DNA of 63,630 bases, filler included, from Porpidia crustulata (taxonomy: Eukaryota), in NCBI GenBank assembly GCA_964255105.1. It is 10 parts of 10 records of this genome, joined end to end, with 100 filler letters (N's around TTAATTAATTAA, not from the genome) between each part and the next. Parts side by side here need not be neighbours in the genome. Positions count along the whole stretch, not along the records: positions 19,142 to 25,416 come from CAXUWE010001586.1; positions 25,517 to 31,787 come from CAXUWE010001587.1; positions 31,888 to 38,158 come from CAXUWE010001588.1; 7 more parts are not named here. The stretch is one strand, 5' to 3'. Shown piece by piece: positions 20,370 to 32,222 of the stretch. Position 1 is the stretch's first letter. Each line of letters begins with the position of its first letter. The position numbers were made by a program, and so were the translations under genes. The notes under the pieces are model-generated. The model worked only from the letters and a program-made list of their open reading frames with translations, did no database searches and was not told the DNA's origin.

Positions 20370-23012
20370 CAGAGCGTTTTCGCAGGGGAATTTCGTGCAG
20401 ATGTCACAACCCTTTCGATCATTTTTGCGGTTGTCTGTCCGATGTGAAAGATAAAATACACGGAGTCCAAGTCCGATGTGCCAAGTCTAGATGATGGCAT
20501 GATCGATGGATTACATGGGTGTGGTAGCATTATCGTCCTGCGTTGTATCTGCATTGTGGGTCGTGACCGAGGGCATAAGTTTGTATCTATTATTCTCCAT
20601 TTTGATGACTTTCACCTGTTCGTGATGCAGTGGCGGGTGGTGACACAGCCATGGCGCAATGACGAGCATAAACTGGCGGACTCGAAGAAGATTTCATGTT
20701 GTTGGAGTAGTACTTGTTACTTTGACTCATGGTCTTGGCGCACTCGGATGGTCTCTCCGCCATGTGCAGCTCATCTAGAACGTTGGAACCCGGTCAGCAC
20801 AACGGAGGTGGGAACTCTCAAATAAGATTGGAGCGCCTCTCTTCCATTGGTACGGCAATATGGGGGCAGAAGCCTTGTGTTACACAACATGGAATGGAGG
20901 TCTCTAGATGGCCGGGCCGATGCTGGGTGGAGAAAACGAGGTTGTTCATGTTGCCCCTGGAACCACGATTTAGCGTTGTAGCACAACAGATGCGCCCCAG
21001 ATCGTCGAGTAATACTGCATCGTCTTGAAGGCCTGGCGAATTGGTCTCCGGTGTACGATGGTTAGTATACTTCTTGTTGAGATACAAGCAAGATGATTCG
21101 ATTCGTATGATGTGCACCAAGCCTTTCTCAAGCTTTCAATATTTCCCTTCATTTGGCTCAATAATCACATGCGTTCAAGTCGCAACGATCTGAGTACACC
21201 TATGGACGCTTACACAAGATCCATAAAAAATGCATCAATATGTGTTGATGACTTTACATACATTGTTCGTGGTCAAAACCTTAAGAGCTGTGATTGTTGC
21301 AAGCTGTACCGAAGATGGTGTGTAGTCGTAATCCTGCAAGTCATTCAGCCTTGTGATCAGCAAAGTATGTTTTCAGCTGCTGCATTTTCTTTCATTCGTT
21401 TGCGGGTGGTGGTGTCATGTCGGTGGCCGAGGTGCATGTTCTCGGATAATGCAGGCTTCGTAGCTGTCGAAATTATGCTGTCAATCCTTTTTGCATAATC
21501 TTGCATTAAATGGCGTGGGGATCAAATTGTATCATGCTTTATCAAGTCAGCACGACATGATTTAACGCAGCGCAATATGCTTGGCCTTGGTGGACTCCAG
21601 AAGCTGAATGCAAAGTTGGCGGTGGTGCTCGGCCGTTGTTATATTGGAGGTTCGGAACTGGATGTCAGACAATGATTTGGATTCTCGAGTTGTTTTGAAA
21701 TACAACTGTATTGTTACTCGAAAGATATAAAATTTTGGAAATGTATACAAGGCTGGAGTACGTATTTGTGCAACAATCCACGACAGAGAAGCAGCTTGCA
21801 GGATCCGGGGTTGGAGGCGTGCGGATTTCGGATATGACTTGCATGTAAAAACGGATCCATGGAAGAAGCTGATATCGGGATGGCATCAGTCTTTGCTTTG
21901 TATTACCTCGGCGCTGGAGACGGATCGAGCTTGGTATCCTTCATCGATGTTGAACAATTTTAGCTTACTAAACGTCAGATACTGAGGTGGTGAGATGACA
22001 AGTGTAATGACTAATGCAAGTGATAGCTGTGGCATGCCTCTGTTAATCAAAAGCAGCTGAAACGATCGTGTGATGAAAGGATATGAAACAAAGGCCATCC
22101 AGCCCTGCGAAGCTAACCGCTTCTGCCAACATATCCCTACCACAGATGTTGAGCACACGCTTGATGCGAAGTATTTGAGTTTAAGTTACACTGTAGGACT
22201 TTCAGAGACCAAGGAATCGAAGTGTCACAGTAGCATCTGAGAAGATGTCCACCGATAAGCTACAAATATACATTAGTACTTGTACAAGAAAGATCACCGT
22301 ACTATCGTTGATGTACTGTTTAGTCCTGTCTCTCGCGGGTATCCATCCTCTCTCGGAAGAAAATATGTTAGAGCACATTCGGCTGGTTGTTCCCTTCACT
22401 ATCCGCTCGCCTTGCTTCGTCCATACCTTTATGGGTGTATGCTTTCCGCAAACCCCAACTTCCATTTTCGGCCTCGGGATACTGTCATGAATGTACGTGT
22501 GCAATATAAAACTGATGTATCATAACGGAATCTCCCACAAAGGATGGAGCACCATGCAGCAAGGACATGTGGCCAGTCTCTCGCGCTTACTTGGAGCTTC
22601 TCGAAGCTCCTCGAAGATATTCATGATAAGTGCAACTCCACGTTAGAAGATAAATCAAGCGAACAATTCATCTATTAGAGGGTGCAAATTGTGAGATCTC
22701 TTGATAGAACAGTAAGCTTTTTGGGATTTGAATGGGTAAGGCGAAGAAATTACAGTTGATATTCATGGAGATCTCGGAGCTTCTTTCATTGAATATCATC
22801 GATCGGGGTCTTCAGGTCCATTGGGAGATCCTTAAGCCCACTTTTGCGACTGAGTCTAGAGTCTCGAGCATAGAATCAGGACGGCATTCTCGAAAACCAA
22901 GGGGTATACTACGTGACAGACCCAATGCATTAAGAGCCGAAAGTGTAGCATAACTCATAAACCGCCAACGATCAGAATCCAAAGGTTGTTAAAAGCTTAG
23001 AGCGACCTCGCT

Positions 23013-23811
23013 TCATGTCGCAGTCGGAGGTGTGGAGGATAGCCAAGCCCAGGTCACAGGCACTCTCCCACGAGCTGGATCTGCGAGTTTGTCAAAAGCG
23101 CCAGGACTTAGATCAATATCTGTAGCTTCGCAACCCACGCCTGTGTCTCATGTCAGCTTCCGACCCAGACCGTTGCGCACTTGAAGGCCGTTACATCGAT
23201 CCACCACTTTCAAGTCCACACTCCTGTTTCCATTTGCCTGTTCATTGAACCTCGTAGCCCTGATCATAAGCCCGCAGAGCGGATTGGCATTGGGATTCGC
23301 GCTTGTCGAAGCTGCATCGAAAACGATGTGGCTTATAGAGACAATGTTGTCGCTGTCAGAGGAGGTGATGCCGCAAGCGCCCAGGGCAGGGGAGTAGTAT
23401 GTTAGGTCGCCAGTGAAAGTCCTGGCATTGGATGGGAGGGGTAGAGCTTCGTTGCTGGAGAAAGAATCAGCGGGTTCATTTGGACTGAGATGGTAAAGCT
23501 TGCCCAGAACGTCTTGTTAGCCCAACACCGAGGCCAATCGCTAGTACGGCGAGGGTGATTGTAGCTGCCATGGCAAGTAAGAAGAAACGCCTCCGGAGAC
23601 CAAGATATTGTCGATGGGGAGGCACGACCCTATCGAGCCTGTCAAAAAGCTCGGCAGCGGTAATTCTGGAAGCTCTTGTATGATGTTTGTCGGAGTTGAT
23701 TTCTCCATTTGACGGGATTGATGGCTTTGGATGGTATCCACGAGGGATCTCCCAAGCAGGTTGCTGAGTCCCTGGTGGCATGCCCGGATCTTCATATCTT
23801 GAAGTGGCCAT
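23013..23811 (-). CDS. Membrane-anchored RlpA-like double-psi beta-barrel (expansin-like) protein, 3 exons
   Basis: TM helix (FFLLAMAATITLAVLAIGLGVGL), then FTGDLTYYSPALGACG...NPNANPLCG...VDLKVVDRCVGCEATDIDLSPGAFDKLADPARGRVPVTWAWL. The first intron is probably GC-AG (23503-23455). Confidence 0.88.
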
Positions 23812-24067
23812 TTATGAGATGCAATGTCTTTCGAAAAGGAGAGGTATGATTTAGGGACTCCTATGGCACTGGTGATTATCATAAGAATGGAGATGGTCGC
23901 GATCTGCTGGTCTTTTCGTGGAGTCCCATGCTGGAGGATTTGGTGAGAGAGAAAATGACAGTTCCGTTGATGCCTTATCAACCTGTCAGAAAACTCCTTA
24001 CTGTCGCAGCTTACCGCTGACGTGAAAATAAATTGAAGGCGTCTCGAAACATAAACAATAGATTGAC

Positions 24068-24087
24068 CCAATCAGAATTTGGGAAAT
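24068..24087 (+). promoter_or_regulatory. Candidate CCAAT-box / CBC:HapX bipartite motif upstream of SDH2
   Basis: CCAAT-cagaatttggga-AAT fits CSAAT-N12-RWT, about 240 nt upstream of the ATG of an Fe-S respiratory subunit. Confidence 0.45.
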
Positions 24088-24103
24088 CTTGGATTACAGT
24101 ATC

Positions 24104-24113
24104 TGTCACGTGC
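24104..24113. promoter_or_regulatory. E-box (TGTCACGTGC), candidate bHLH/Cbf1-type site upstream of SDH2
   Basis: The identical 10-mer occurs upstream of SDH1 (29431-29440). Confidence 0.45.
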
Positions 24114-24310
24114 GCTGAGCCTCCACACTAAACTCCGAGAATTTAGTGCATTTTGTCTCCGACAACAGCCCGCCATCCATCTTTTATCATGAGCACACTC
24201 ACACACAACTCCATTTAAACACCAGGGCAAAGCGATTGAGAAGAATAAAGACATCTGAGTACTTGCTTCAAGTTTTTAAACTACTGCCTACATCATCTCC
24301 ACTGCCAGTC

Positions 24311-25259
24311 ATGGCCGCCGTTCGAACTTCCGCATCCCGCTTGTTGGCGTCATCACGTCCTCTCTTCCGCTCCACATTTGCCCAACGCTCTTATGCCACC
24401 GTTGAGCCAATTTCCAAGATATCTGAAGCAACGTCTGCCTCGCAGCCTCCCACATCGGAGAAGCACACATCTACTATCCAAGAGCCCAAGAAAGACGCAG
24501 AGGCCAGGATCAAGACCTTCCACATCTATCGCTGGTCGCCAGATACGCCCAGCGAGAAGCCAAGAATGCAATCCTACACGCTGGACCTGAACAAGACTGG
24601 GCCGATGATGTTGGACGCTTTGATTCGCATTAAGAACGAGGTGGACCCTACCCTGACATTCCGTCGGAGTTGTCGAGAGGGTATCTGCGGTAGTTGCGCG
24701 ATGAATATTGATGGAGTCAATACACTGGCCTGCTTGTGTACGCATCTTACTGTCTCTTTACATGCCAATACTAACAATTGTAGGCCGTATACCTACCGAG
24801 ACCTCCCACGAAGCTCGAATCTACCCCCTTCCCCACACCTACGTCGTCAAAGACCTCGTCCCCGACCTAACCCAGTTCTACAAACAATACAAATCCATCA
24901 AACCCTACCTGCAGCGGGAGACCAAGACCGAAGATGGCCTTGAGAATCGCCAATCCCCCGAACAGCGCAAGAAGCTCGACGGCCTCTACGAATGTATCCT
25001 TTGCGCCTGCTGTTCCACCTCCTGCCCATCATACTGGTGGAACTCCGCCGAGTATCTCGGCCCGGCAGTCCTACTGCAATCGTACCGCTGGCTGGCTGAT
25101 TCGAGGGACGAGCACAAGGAAGAAAGGAAAGCGGCGCTGGATAACTCAATGAGTTTATATCGTTGCCACACCATCCTCAACTGCTCGCGGACCTGCCCTA
25201 AGGGTTTGAACCCGGGCAAGGCGATCCAGGAGATCAAGAAGACCTTGGCGTTCTCATAG
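24311..25259 (+). CDS. SDH2: Succinate dehydrogenase iron-sulfur subunit, 2 exons
   Basis: [42 protein letters not shown] and [17 protein letters not shown]. Intron 24738-24783. Confidence 0.97.
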
Positions 25260-25416
25260 TAGACGGCGATTTACCAAGAGACTTTTTCCTGGTCAGCCGG
25301 TTTGGTTGCGGGGTGAAATACGCTGGCTTGGGACTTTTATTATCATCATTCGATACGTGTACATAGCAATTACTATCAAAACTCTACATTATGTCTTACA
25401 GTACATACGCCGTATC

Positions 25417-25516
25417 NNNNNNNNNNNNNNNNNNNNNNNNNNNNNNNNNNNNNNNNNNNNTTAATTAATTAANNNNNNNNNNNNNNNNNNNNNNNNNNNN
25501 NNNNNNNNNNNNNNNN
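25417..25516. other. Artificial contig-joining spacer
   Basis: 44 N + TTAATTAATTAA + 44 N. Confidence 0.99.
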
Positions 25517-25592
25517 GCACCGCATCACAAATGAATCCAAACTCATCACCGCATCCAACGTCATAAAAATTCTCTGTCATATTCCCGCACCC

Positions 25593-27293
25593 CTATCTAG
25601 ACAAGCACAAATCATCAATCCTCAGAATTCCCTTGACCGTCTCCGCCGCCAGCTCCACCGCACTCGTACTCACCAACAACGGCTGCAACACATTCTCCTC
25701 CGTCATATTATTCTTCACCCCACCACTCCGAATACTCACCCCCGCATTCTTCTCCCCAAACTCATGCCGATGCCGCAGATCCGTGACGACCTTGATACTA
25801 TTCAACCCCGCGTTTTCCGCCAGCGTGGTCGGGATGACCTCCATGGCGTCGGCGAACGCTTTCCAGCAAATGGCCTCGGTGCCGGCGAGGGCGCGGGACC
25901 GGTGGCCGAGGGCGTTGGCGACGGCGATTTCAGGGGCGCCGCCGCCGGCGATGAGAGCGCGTTTTTTCACGAGGCAGCGGATGACGCAGAGGGCGTCGTG
26001 GAGGGAGCGTTCGGCTTCGTCGAGGATGAGGGCGTTGGCGCCGCGGCAGACGATGGAGACGGTTTGGCCGGCGGCTTTGTGGGTGATGCCGGTGACTTTG
26101 ACGGTGCGGGAGCCTGAGGTTTGGTGCTCTTCGAGGAGGTCGGCGGAGCCGAGTTTGTCTTCGGTGAAGGAGTCGATGTCGGCGATTGGTTTGCAGCCGG
26201 TGCTCTGGGGGAGTGTTAGCTGTTTGGTCGGGTGGATGGAGATGGGGTGGAGGTTTACTTTGCAGATGAATTCGACTTCGTCTCTTTCAATGTCCTTGAC
26301 GCATAGAATGTTGAGTTTCGCTAGGAAGTGCAGACTCAGGTCATTTACGGCGTCTCTTAAGATTGATTTCTGTAACAGGAGAACATTGCACTTGGCTTTC
26401 TTTATCTTTTTGACTAAATTCAGTAGATACGTTCGTTCTTCTTTCAAAATCTTGTCCATCTGTCGATAGTCGTTGACGACAATTTGGTTTTCCATCTAAA
26501 TAACATTAAATCCGGAAAATCGTATGAGAAAGGCACTTACATCTGGTTTGGGAGGGCTGAGTTGGAATTGAATCAGTCCTATTCGTGCCTTCTCCATTCT
26601 TGCCGGTCCCCCTCCACTCTTCACTACTGCCTGGTTCAATACAAGCCCGTCAATCATTTCACTATCCTCAATAGTCCCGCCTACTTTCTTGACTATTCTT
26701 ATGTTCTTCAGATCAACGTTATCTGCGGTCTTTTGATCAATCGTTTTGAGTACGGCGTCGACTGCAATGGGTGCTAAGAGATTCGAATGTTGAGACACTA
26801 TTTTGGAAGAGAGTGATGTAGAAGCAGCTTGTAAGAGTGTGGTTCGATCTGATAGAGATATAGGATGCGACATTTTCTCCAACACCTTAACAGCTGCCGC
26901 TGCTGCTCGTTGGAAGGATTCTGAGATGACTGTAGGATGTATGCCTTTGGCAAGCAATCGGTCCGCTGCACCAAGGAGACTCCCAGCAATGACAACCACG
27001 GATGTTGTGCCATCTCCTGCCTCTACGTCTTGAGCTGCACTAAGGTCGACAAGCATCTTTGCTGCCGGATGCATGACCGCCATATCCTTCAGCATCGTAT
27101 TTCCGTCATTTGTGATGATTGTCTCTCCTTTGCCAGTCTGTATCATTTTATCCATGCCTCTTGGTCCGAGTGAAGTTCGGATTGCATCTGCCACAGCTCG
27201 AGCAGCCATAATGTTGCCATTTCGAACTGCCATAGGCTTCTCCTTGTCTTTGAAGGCATTATTACCAGAATTTGCCGAGGCAGTAACGGCCAT
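25593..27293 (-). CDS. CCT4: T-complex protein 1 subunit delta, 3 exons
   Basis: [33 protein letters not shown], and the delta-specific [35 protein letters not shown]. Introns at about 26540-26496 and 26258-26206. Confidence 0.96.
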
Positions 27294-27755
27294 GATGGAT
27301 TTTTGCGCGAATTTACAGAACTCGAATAACCAATAGATAGTTCAAGAGCTCAATAAGAAAGCTTGAGCGGATGTCGTCCAGGAGGACGTCGAGGTTAGGA
27401 AGTATCTCATACACCAAGTATCTGACGAGTCAGCCTTAAAGGAGCAGACCTGCTAAACGGACTTTTGAGTGAGCTCGGCGATTTTCTATCGGAAGAATAT
27501 GCTTGGAGTATGAGTTGAGGCACTTGTGACGAGTCTTCATTGAAATATTTCTGATATCTCGTCGCGTCTGCAGGCGCGGCGCTAGCCTCGGTTCAATCCG
27601 AGAGCTCTTGCTGACAATCCAGAAACATCATCACCAGCAAAGCAACTTCATCATTTCACTACCACTACAATTACGAAGTGTTCTATTCTATACAATCTTG
27701 TGTTTGCAAGTTCCTAGCCATAGGAATTTCTCGTTAGTAACGGCTCGGTATCGTC

Positions 27756-29237
27756 ATGCCTAGCGCTACGGGTCAGAGCTGGGAAAAGTATCAGAAGGAG
27801 TTTGCCGATGATGAGGCGCCGGAGAAGAAGATAACGCCTCTGTCAGACGAGGATATCCAGGTGCTGAAGACTTATGGAGCTGCGCCTTATGCTGCTGCAC
27901 TGAAGCGTCTGGAGAAAGAGATCAAAGAAAAACAGACCAGCGTCAACGAGAAGATTGGTAAGCCCTGACAGACACCTATACTTACTCCCAAGCCATCCCA
28001 GACTAATGTCAATCGCAGGCGTCAAGGTACTACTAAGCCATGTTGCTATCCGTTTGATCTACTAACAGGAATAGGAATCAGATACAGGTTTGGCGCCACC
28101 ACATCTATGGGACATCGCCGCAGATCGTCAGAGGATGCAAGAAGACCATCCCTTACAGGTCGCTAGATGTACGAAGATCATACAAGATGAGAAGGACTCC
28201 GACAAGAGCAAATATGTCATCAACGTGAAGCAAATAGCCAAATTTGTGGTAAAGTTGGGTGAAAGGGTCAGTCCGACAGACATTGAGGAAGGCATGCGAG
28301 TAGGGTTTGTCCTTTCGAATAATCCTTTGACTTGGTCGGATATTAACCTTTGAGCAGCGTTGACCGTAACAAATATGAAATTCTCCTACCCCTACCCCCC
28401 AAGATCGACCCGAGTGTTACGATGATGACTGTGGAGGATAAACCCGACGTTACCTACGGCGATGTTGGTGGCTGCAAAGAGCAGATAGAAAAGATTCGCG
28501 AAGTTGTTGAGATGCCGTTGCTATCCCCCGAACGATTCGTCAGCCTAGGGATTGACCCCCCAAAAGGCGCACTTCTATATGGTCCTCCTGGAACTGGGAA
28601 AACACTCTGTGCTCGTGCGGTGGCCAATCGAACTGATGCGACCTTCATTCGAGTGATAGGCAGCGAATTGGTACAGAAGTATGTTGGTGAAGGCGCCAGG
28701 ATGGTCCGGGAGTTATTTGAGATGGCCCGGACCAAGAAAGCTTGCATCATATTCTTCGATGAAATTGATGCCATTGGCGGTGCTCGATTCGACGATGGTG
28801 CAGGTGGAGACAATGAGGTTCAGCGGACAATGTTGGAACTGATCACTCAACTCGATGGCTTCGACTCGAGAGGAAACATCAAAGTCATGTTCGCGACTAA
28901 TAGGCCTTCAACCTTGGATCCGGCGCTCATGCGGCCTGGTCGTATCGACCGGAAGATAGAATTCTCGTTACCAGATCTCGAAGGACGGGCAAACATTCTA
29001 CGCATCCACGCCAAGAGCATGTCAGTTGAGAGAGATATTCGGTGGGAGCTAATCTCGAGATTGTGTCCCAACAGCACCGGCGCGGAACTCAGGAGTGTGG
29101 CTACGGAAGCGGGCATGTTCGCCATTCGTGCCAGAAGGAAGGTCGCTACGGAAAAGGATTTTCTCGCGGCGGTGGATAAGGTGATCAAGGGAAATCTGAA
29201 GTTCAATTCTACTGCTACCTACATGCAATATAATTAG
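27756..29237 (+). CDS. RPT1: 26S proteasome AAA-ATPase regulatory subunit 7, 4 exons including an 8-nt micro-exon
   Basis: [16 protein letters not shown], Walker [44 protein letters not shown], and C-terminal STATYMQYN. Confidence 0.97.
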
Positions 29238-29430
29238 AGAAGGAAGCACGATGTTTAGATAGCACGGCGTTTCAAGGAGCGAGAGCATCACATCCGGTCA
29301 TGATCCAAGGCATTGGCTTTGTGTACAATAAGTGGTAGACTAGGCATGTAGCAATAATGGTGTTGTTCAACGTGATAGATTCGACTATATCATATTCCAG
29401 AAGTCTTAACCTCTGTAATTCGAAATGCTA

Positions 29431-29440
29431 TGTCACGTGC
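29431..29440. promoter_or_regulatory. E-box (TGTCACGTGC) upstream of SDH1, followed by two inverted CCAAT boxes (ATTGG at 29480 and 29515)
   Basis: Same 10-mer as in the SDH2 promoter, about 270 nt upstream of the ATG. Confidence 0.45.
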
Positions 29441-29706
29441 ATGGTCAACTCTTGAGCCTCTTGGTAATGGATAGGGGTGATTGGTGGGAAGATAGCCGAG
29501 GCTCAAGCCCGTTGATTGGCGCCGATTGCCCCAGTAGAGTCTAGTGTCTCTTCGACTGTCGACATCTTGACGCATTTCCACCGCCTTCCCGTAGCCACTT
29601 ATTTCCCTCTACCTTGTCCACTCTCTTCCAATTGAGGATATAAATTACGTTGGTCTGCCTCATTTGCCTTCTCACTCGACTTCCCACCAGACACTGAAGG
29701 CATATC

Positions 29707-31787
29707 ATGATCCATACTGGTCTGCGGAGCGTTGGCTCTGCATCGAAGGTCGGTCGATTGCATGTACATGGGACGCGGGAGGGGGCAATTCACTGACGCA
29801 GGGTTTCAAGATCTTCAAAGCAATTCGCCAGAGTCGTCTGTTATCTACAACCAAGCCAGCAGGTAAAGATTTACATGCTACCTATTCATATCCAATCACT
29901 GAATAGGCGTCCAGCGCGAATCATCGCGAATCAGCCGCTACGAGCAAAGGAAGCCTCTCCATTCATCAACACCAAATACCCTATAATAGTGAGTTCTTCC
30001 GACAATGTACTCGATATAGATGGTTTTACATCCGTCTTGTAGGATCATGAGTACGACGCACTCGTTGTCGGCGCCGGCGGCTCCGGTCTGCGCGCTGCCT
30101 TCGGACTGGCGGAGGCGGGGTTCAATACTGCCTGCATATCAAAACTTTTTCCTACGAGAAGTCATACGGTAGCCGCCCAGGGTGGAATCAACGCTGCGCT
30201 CGGAAAGTGAGTCTATTATTTTACTTGGGTACGATAACTCAAGATTGATGAATTGATTATAGCATGCACGAAGATGATTGGCGGTGGCATATGTACGATA
30301 CAGTAAAGGGATCGGACTGGCTAGGCGACCAAGATGCTATTCACTACATGACAAGAGAGGCACCCGCCAGTGTTATCGAATTGGAGAATTACGGATGTCC
30401 TTTCTCAAGAACAGATGACGGCAAGATGTAAGGCAAATAGACTTCCAGGATGAGACAAAACACTTATTTGTCCAGTTACCAGCGAGCTTTCGGTGGTCAA
30501 TCACAACAATTCGGAAAAGGTGGCCAAGCATATCGATGCTGCGCGGCTGCTGATCGAACAGGTCATGCTCTCCTTCACACCTTGTACGGCCAATCCTTAC
30601 GGCACAACACCAACTACTTCATCGAATACTTTGCTCTAGACCTCATCATGGAAGATGGTGAATGTAAGGGCGTTATTGCTTACAATCAAGAAGATGGCAC
30701 ATTACATCGATTCCGGTCTCACAATACCGTACTTGCCACAGGAGGATATGGACGAGCATACTTCAGCTGTACATCAGCTCATACGTGTACTGGCGACGGT
30801 ATGGCAATGGTTTCTCGCGCCGGCCTTCCCAACCAGGATTTAGAATTTGTCCAATTCCACCCGACTGGTATCTACGGCGCTGGCTGTTTGATTACTGAAG
30901 GTTCAAGAGGCGAGGGAGGATATCTACTAAACTCGGAGGGTGAGCGATTCATGGAGCGCTACGCACCTACTGCCAAAGATCTTGCCAGTCGAGACGTTGT
31001 ATCACGATCAATGACGATGGAGATTCGTGAAGGGCGCGGAGTCGGACCAGACAAGGACCACATCTATCTTCAGTTGAGTCATCTTCCTCCAGATGTTCTC
31101 CATGAGCGTCTTCCTGGCATCTCTGAAACTGCATCGATCTTCGCTGGTGTTGATGTCCGCAAGCAACCCATCCCCGTCCTCCCAACCGTCCACTACAATA
31201 TGGGCGGTATCCCAACTAAATATACCGGTGAAGTGATTAACGTTGATGAGAACGGCAAAGACAAAATAGTACCTGGCCTCTTTGCTTGTGGCGAAGCTGC
31301 TTGTGTCTCCGTTCACGGCGCCAATCGTCTTGGCGCAAATTCCCTTCTCGATCTCATTGTCTTTGGTCGCGCCGTTTCCCACACCGTCCGTGACAACTTC
31401 GAACCTGGAATGCCCCACAAGGAAATCCGTGCTGACGCTGGCGCTGATACTATAAGCATGCTCGACAAGATCCGTACCGCCGACGGACCAAAGAGCACCA
31501 ACGACATCAGAAGCGCCATGCAAAAAGTCATGCAAACCGATGTCTCCGTTTTCCGCACCCAAGAATCCCTCGATGAAGGTGTCCGTCGCATCAAAGACGT
31601 CGATACCTCTTTCAACGAAATCGGCACCAAGGACCGAAGCATGATCTGGAACAGCGACCTCGTCGAATCCCTCGAGCTACGCAACCTACTGACCTGTGCC
31701 GTACAGACGGCCGAGAGCGCGGCCAACCGGACGGAGTCGCGGGGTGCGCACGCCCGCGAGGATTTCCCCGAGCGCGACGACAAGAAC
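29707..31787 (+). CDS. SDH1: Succinate dehydrogenase flavoprotein subunit, 3' truncated
   Basis: [22 protein letters not shown]-binding [59 protein letters not shown] and [11 protein letters not shown]. Five short GT-AG introns in the 5' part. Confidence 0.97.
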
Positions 31788-31887
31788 NNNNNNNNNNNNN
31801 NNNNNNNNNNNNNNNNNNNNNNNNNNNNNNNTTAATTAATTAANNNNNNNNNNNNNNNNNNNNNNNNNNNNNNNNNNNNNNNNNNNN
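31788..31887. other. Artificial contig-joining spacer
   Basis: 44 N + TTAATTAATTAA + 44 N. Confidence 0.99.
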
Positions 31888-32222
31888 ACTCTTGATGTTT
31901 GGTTGGCGGCATTAGTTTCAGCCGTGTCTTGGTGGGACAAGGTGTTCGACGATGCATCTTCTGACTTGTCAGCCTCGCATGCATCAATTGCAATTGCGAG
32001 ACAGTGCGTTCTGGCCCGGCGCCCCATAGTCGCTGACCTTACGTGCATATAGTCTTTATCTGACTTCATGCACGCAAATTATGGTCTGCAGACTGGGTAC
32101 AGCCTGATAGATCATGAAGCAAAGGGCTCTAATAAGGATGGCACTTCGCTCCATTTCTCGCTCCAATCCTGCTCCTGCGATTTCTTTGGTGCTACCTGTT
32201 CCTTTCAGTTGACCTCACAGCG

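Noticed and set aside
27586..27604. tRNA T-arm or B-box (ctcggttcaatccgag) in the CCT4-RPT1 divergent promoter
   Set aside because: The loop is 6 nt rather than 7, and no acceptor stem, D arm or anticodon arm can be built.
24311..31787. SDH2 and SDH1 within 7.5 kb as a respiratory gene cluster
   Set aside because: They are separated by an artificial spacer (25417-25516), so the proximity results from length sorting.
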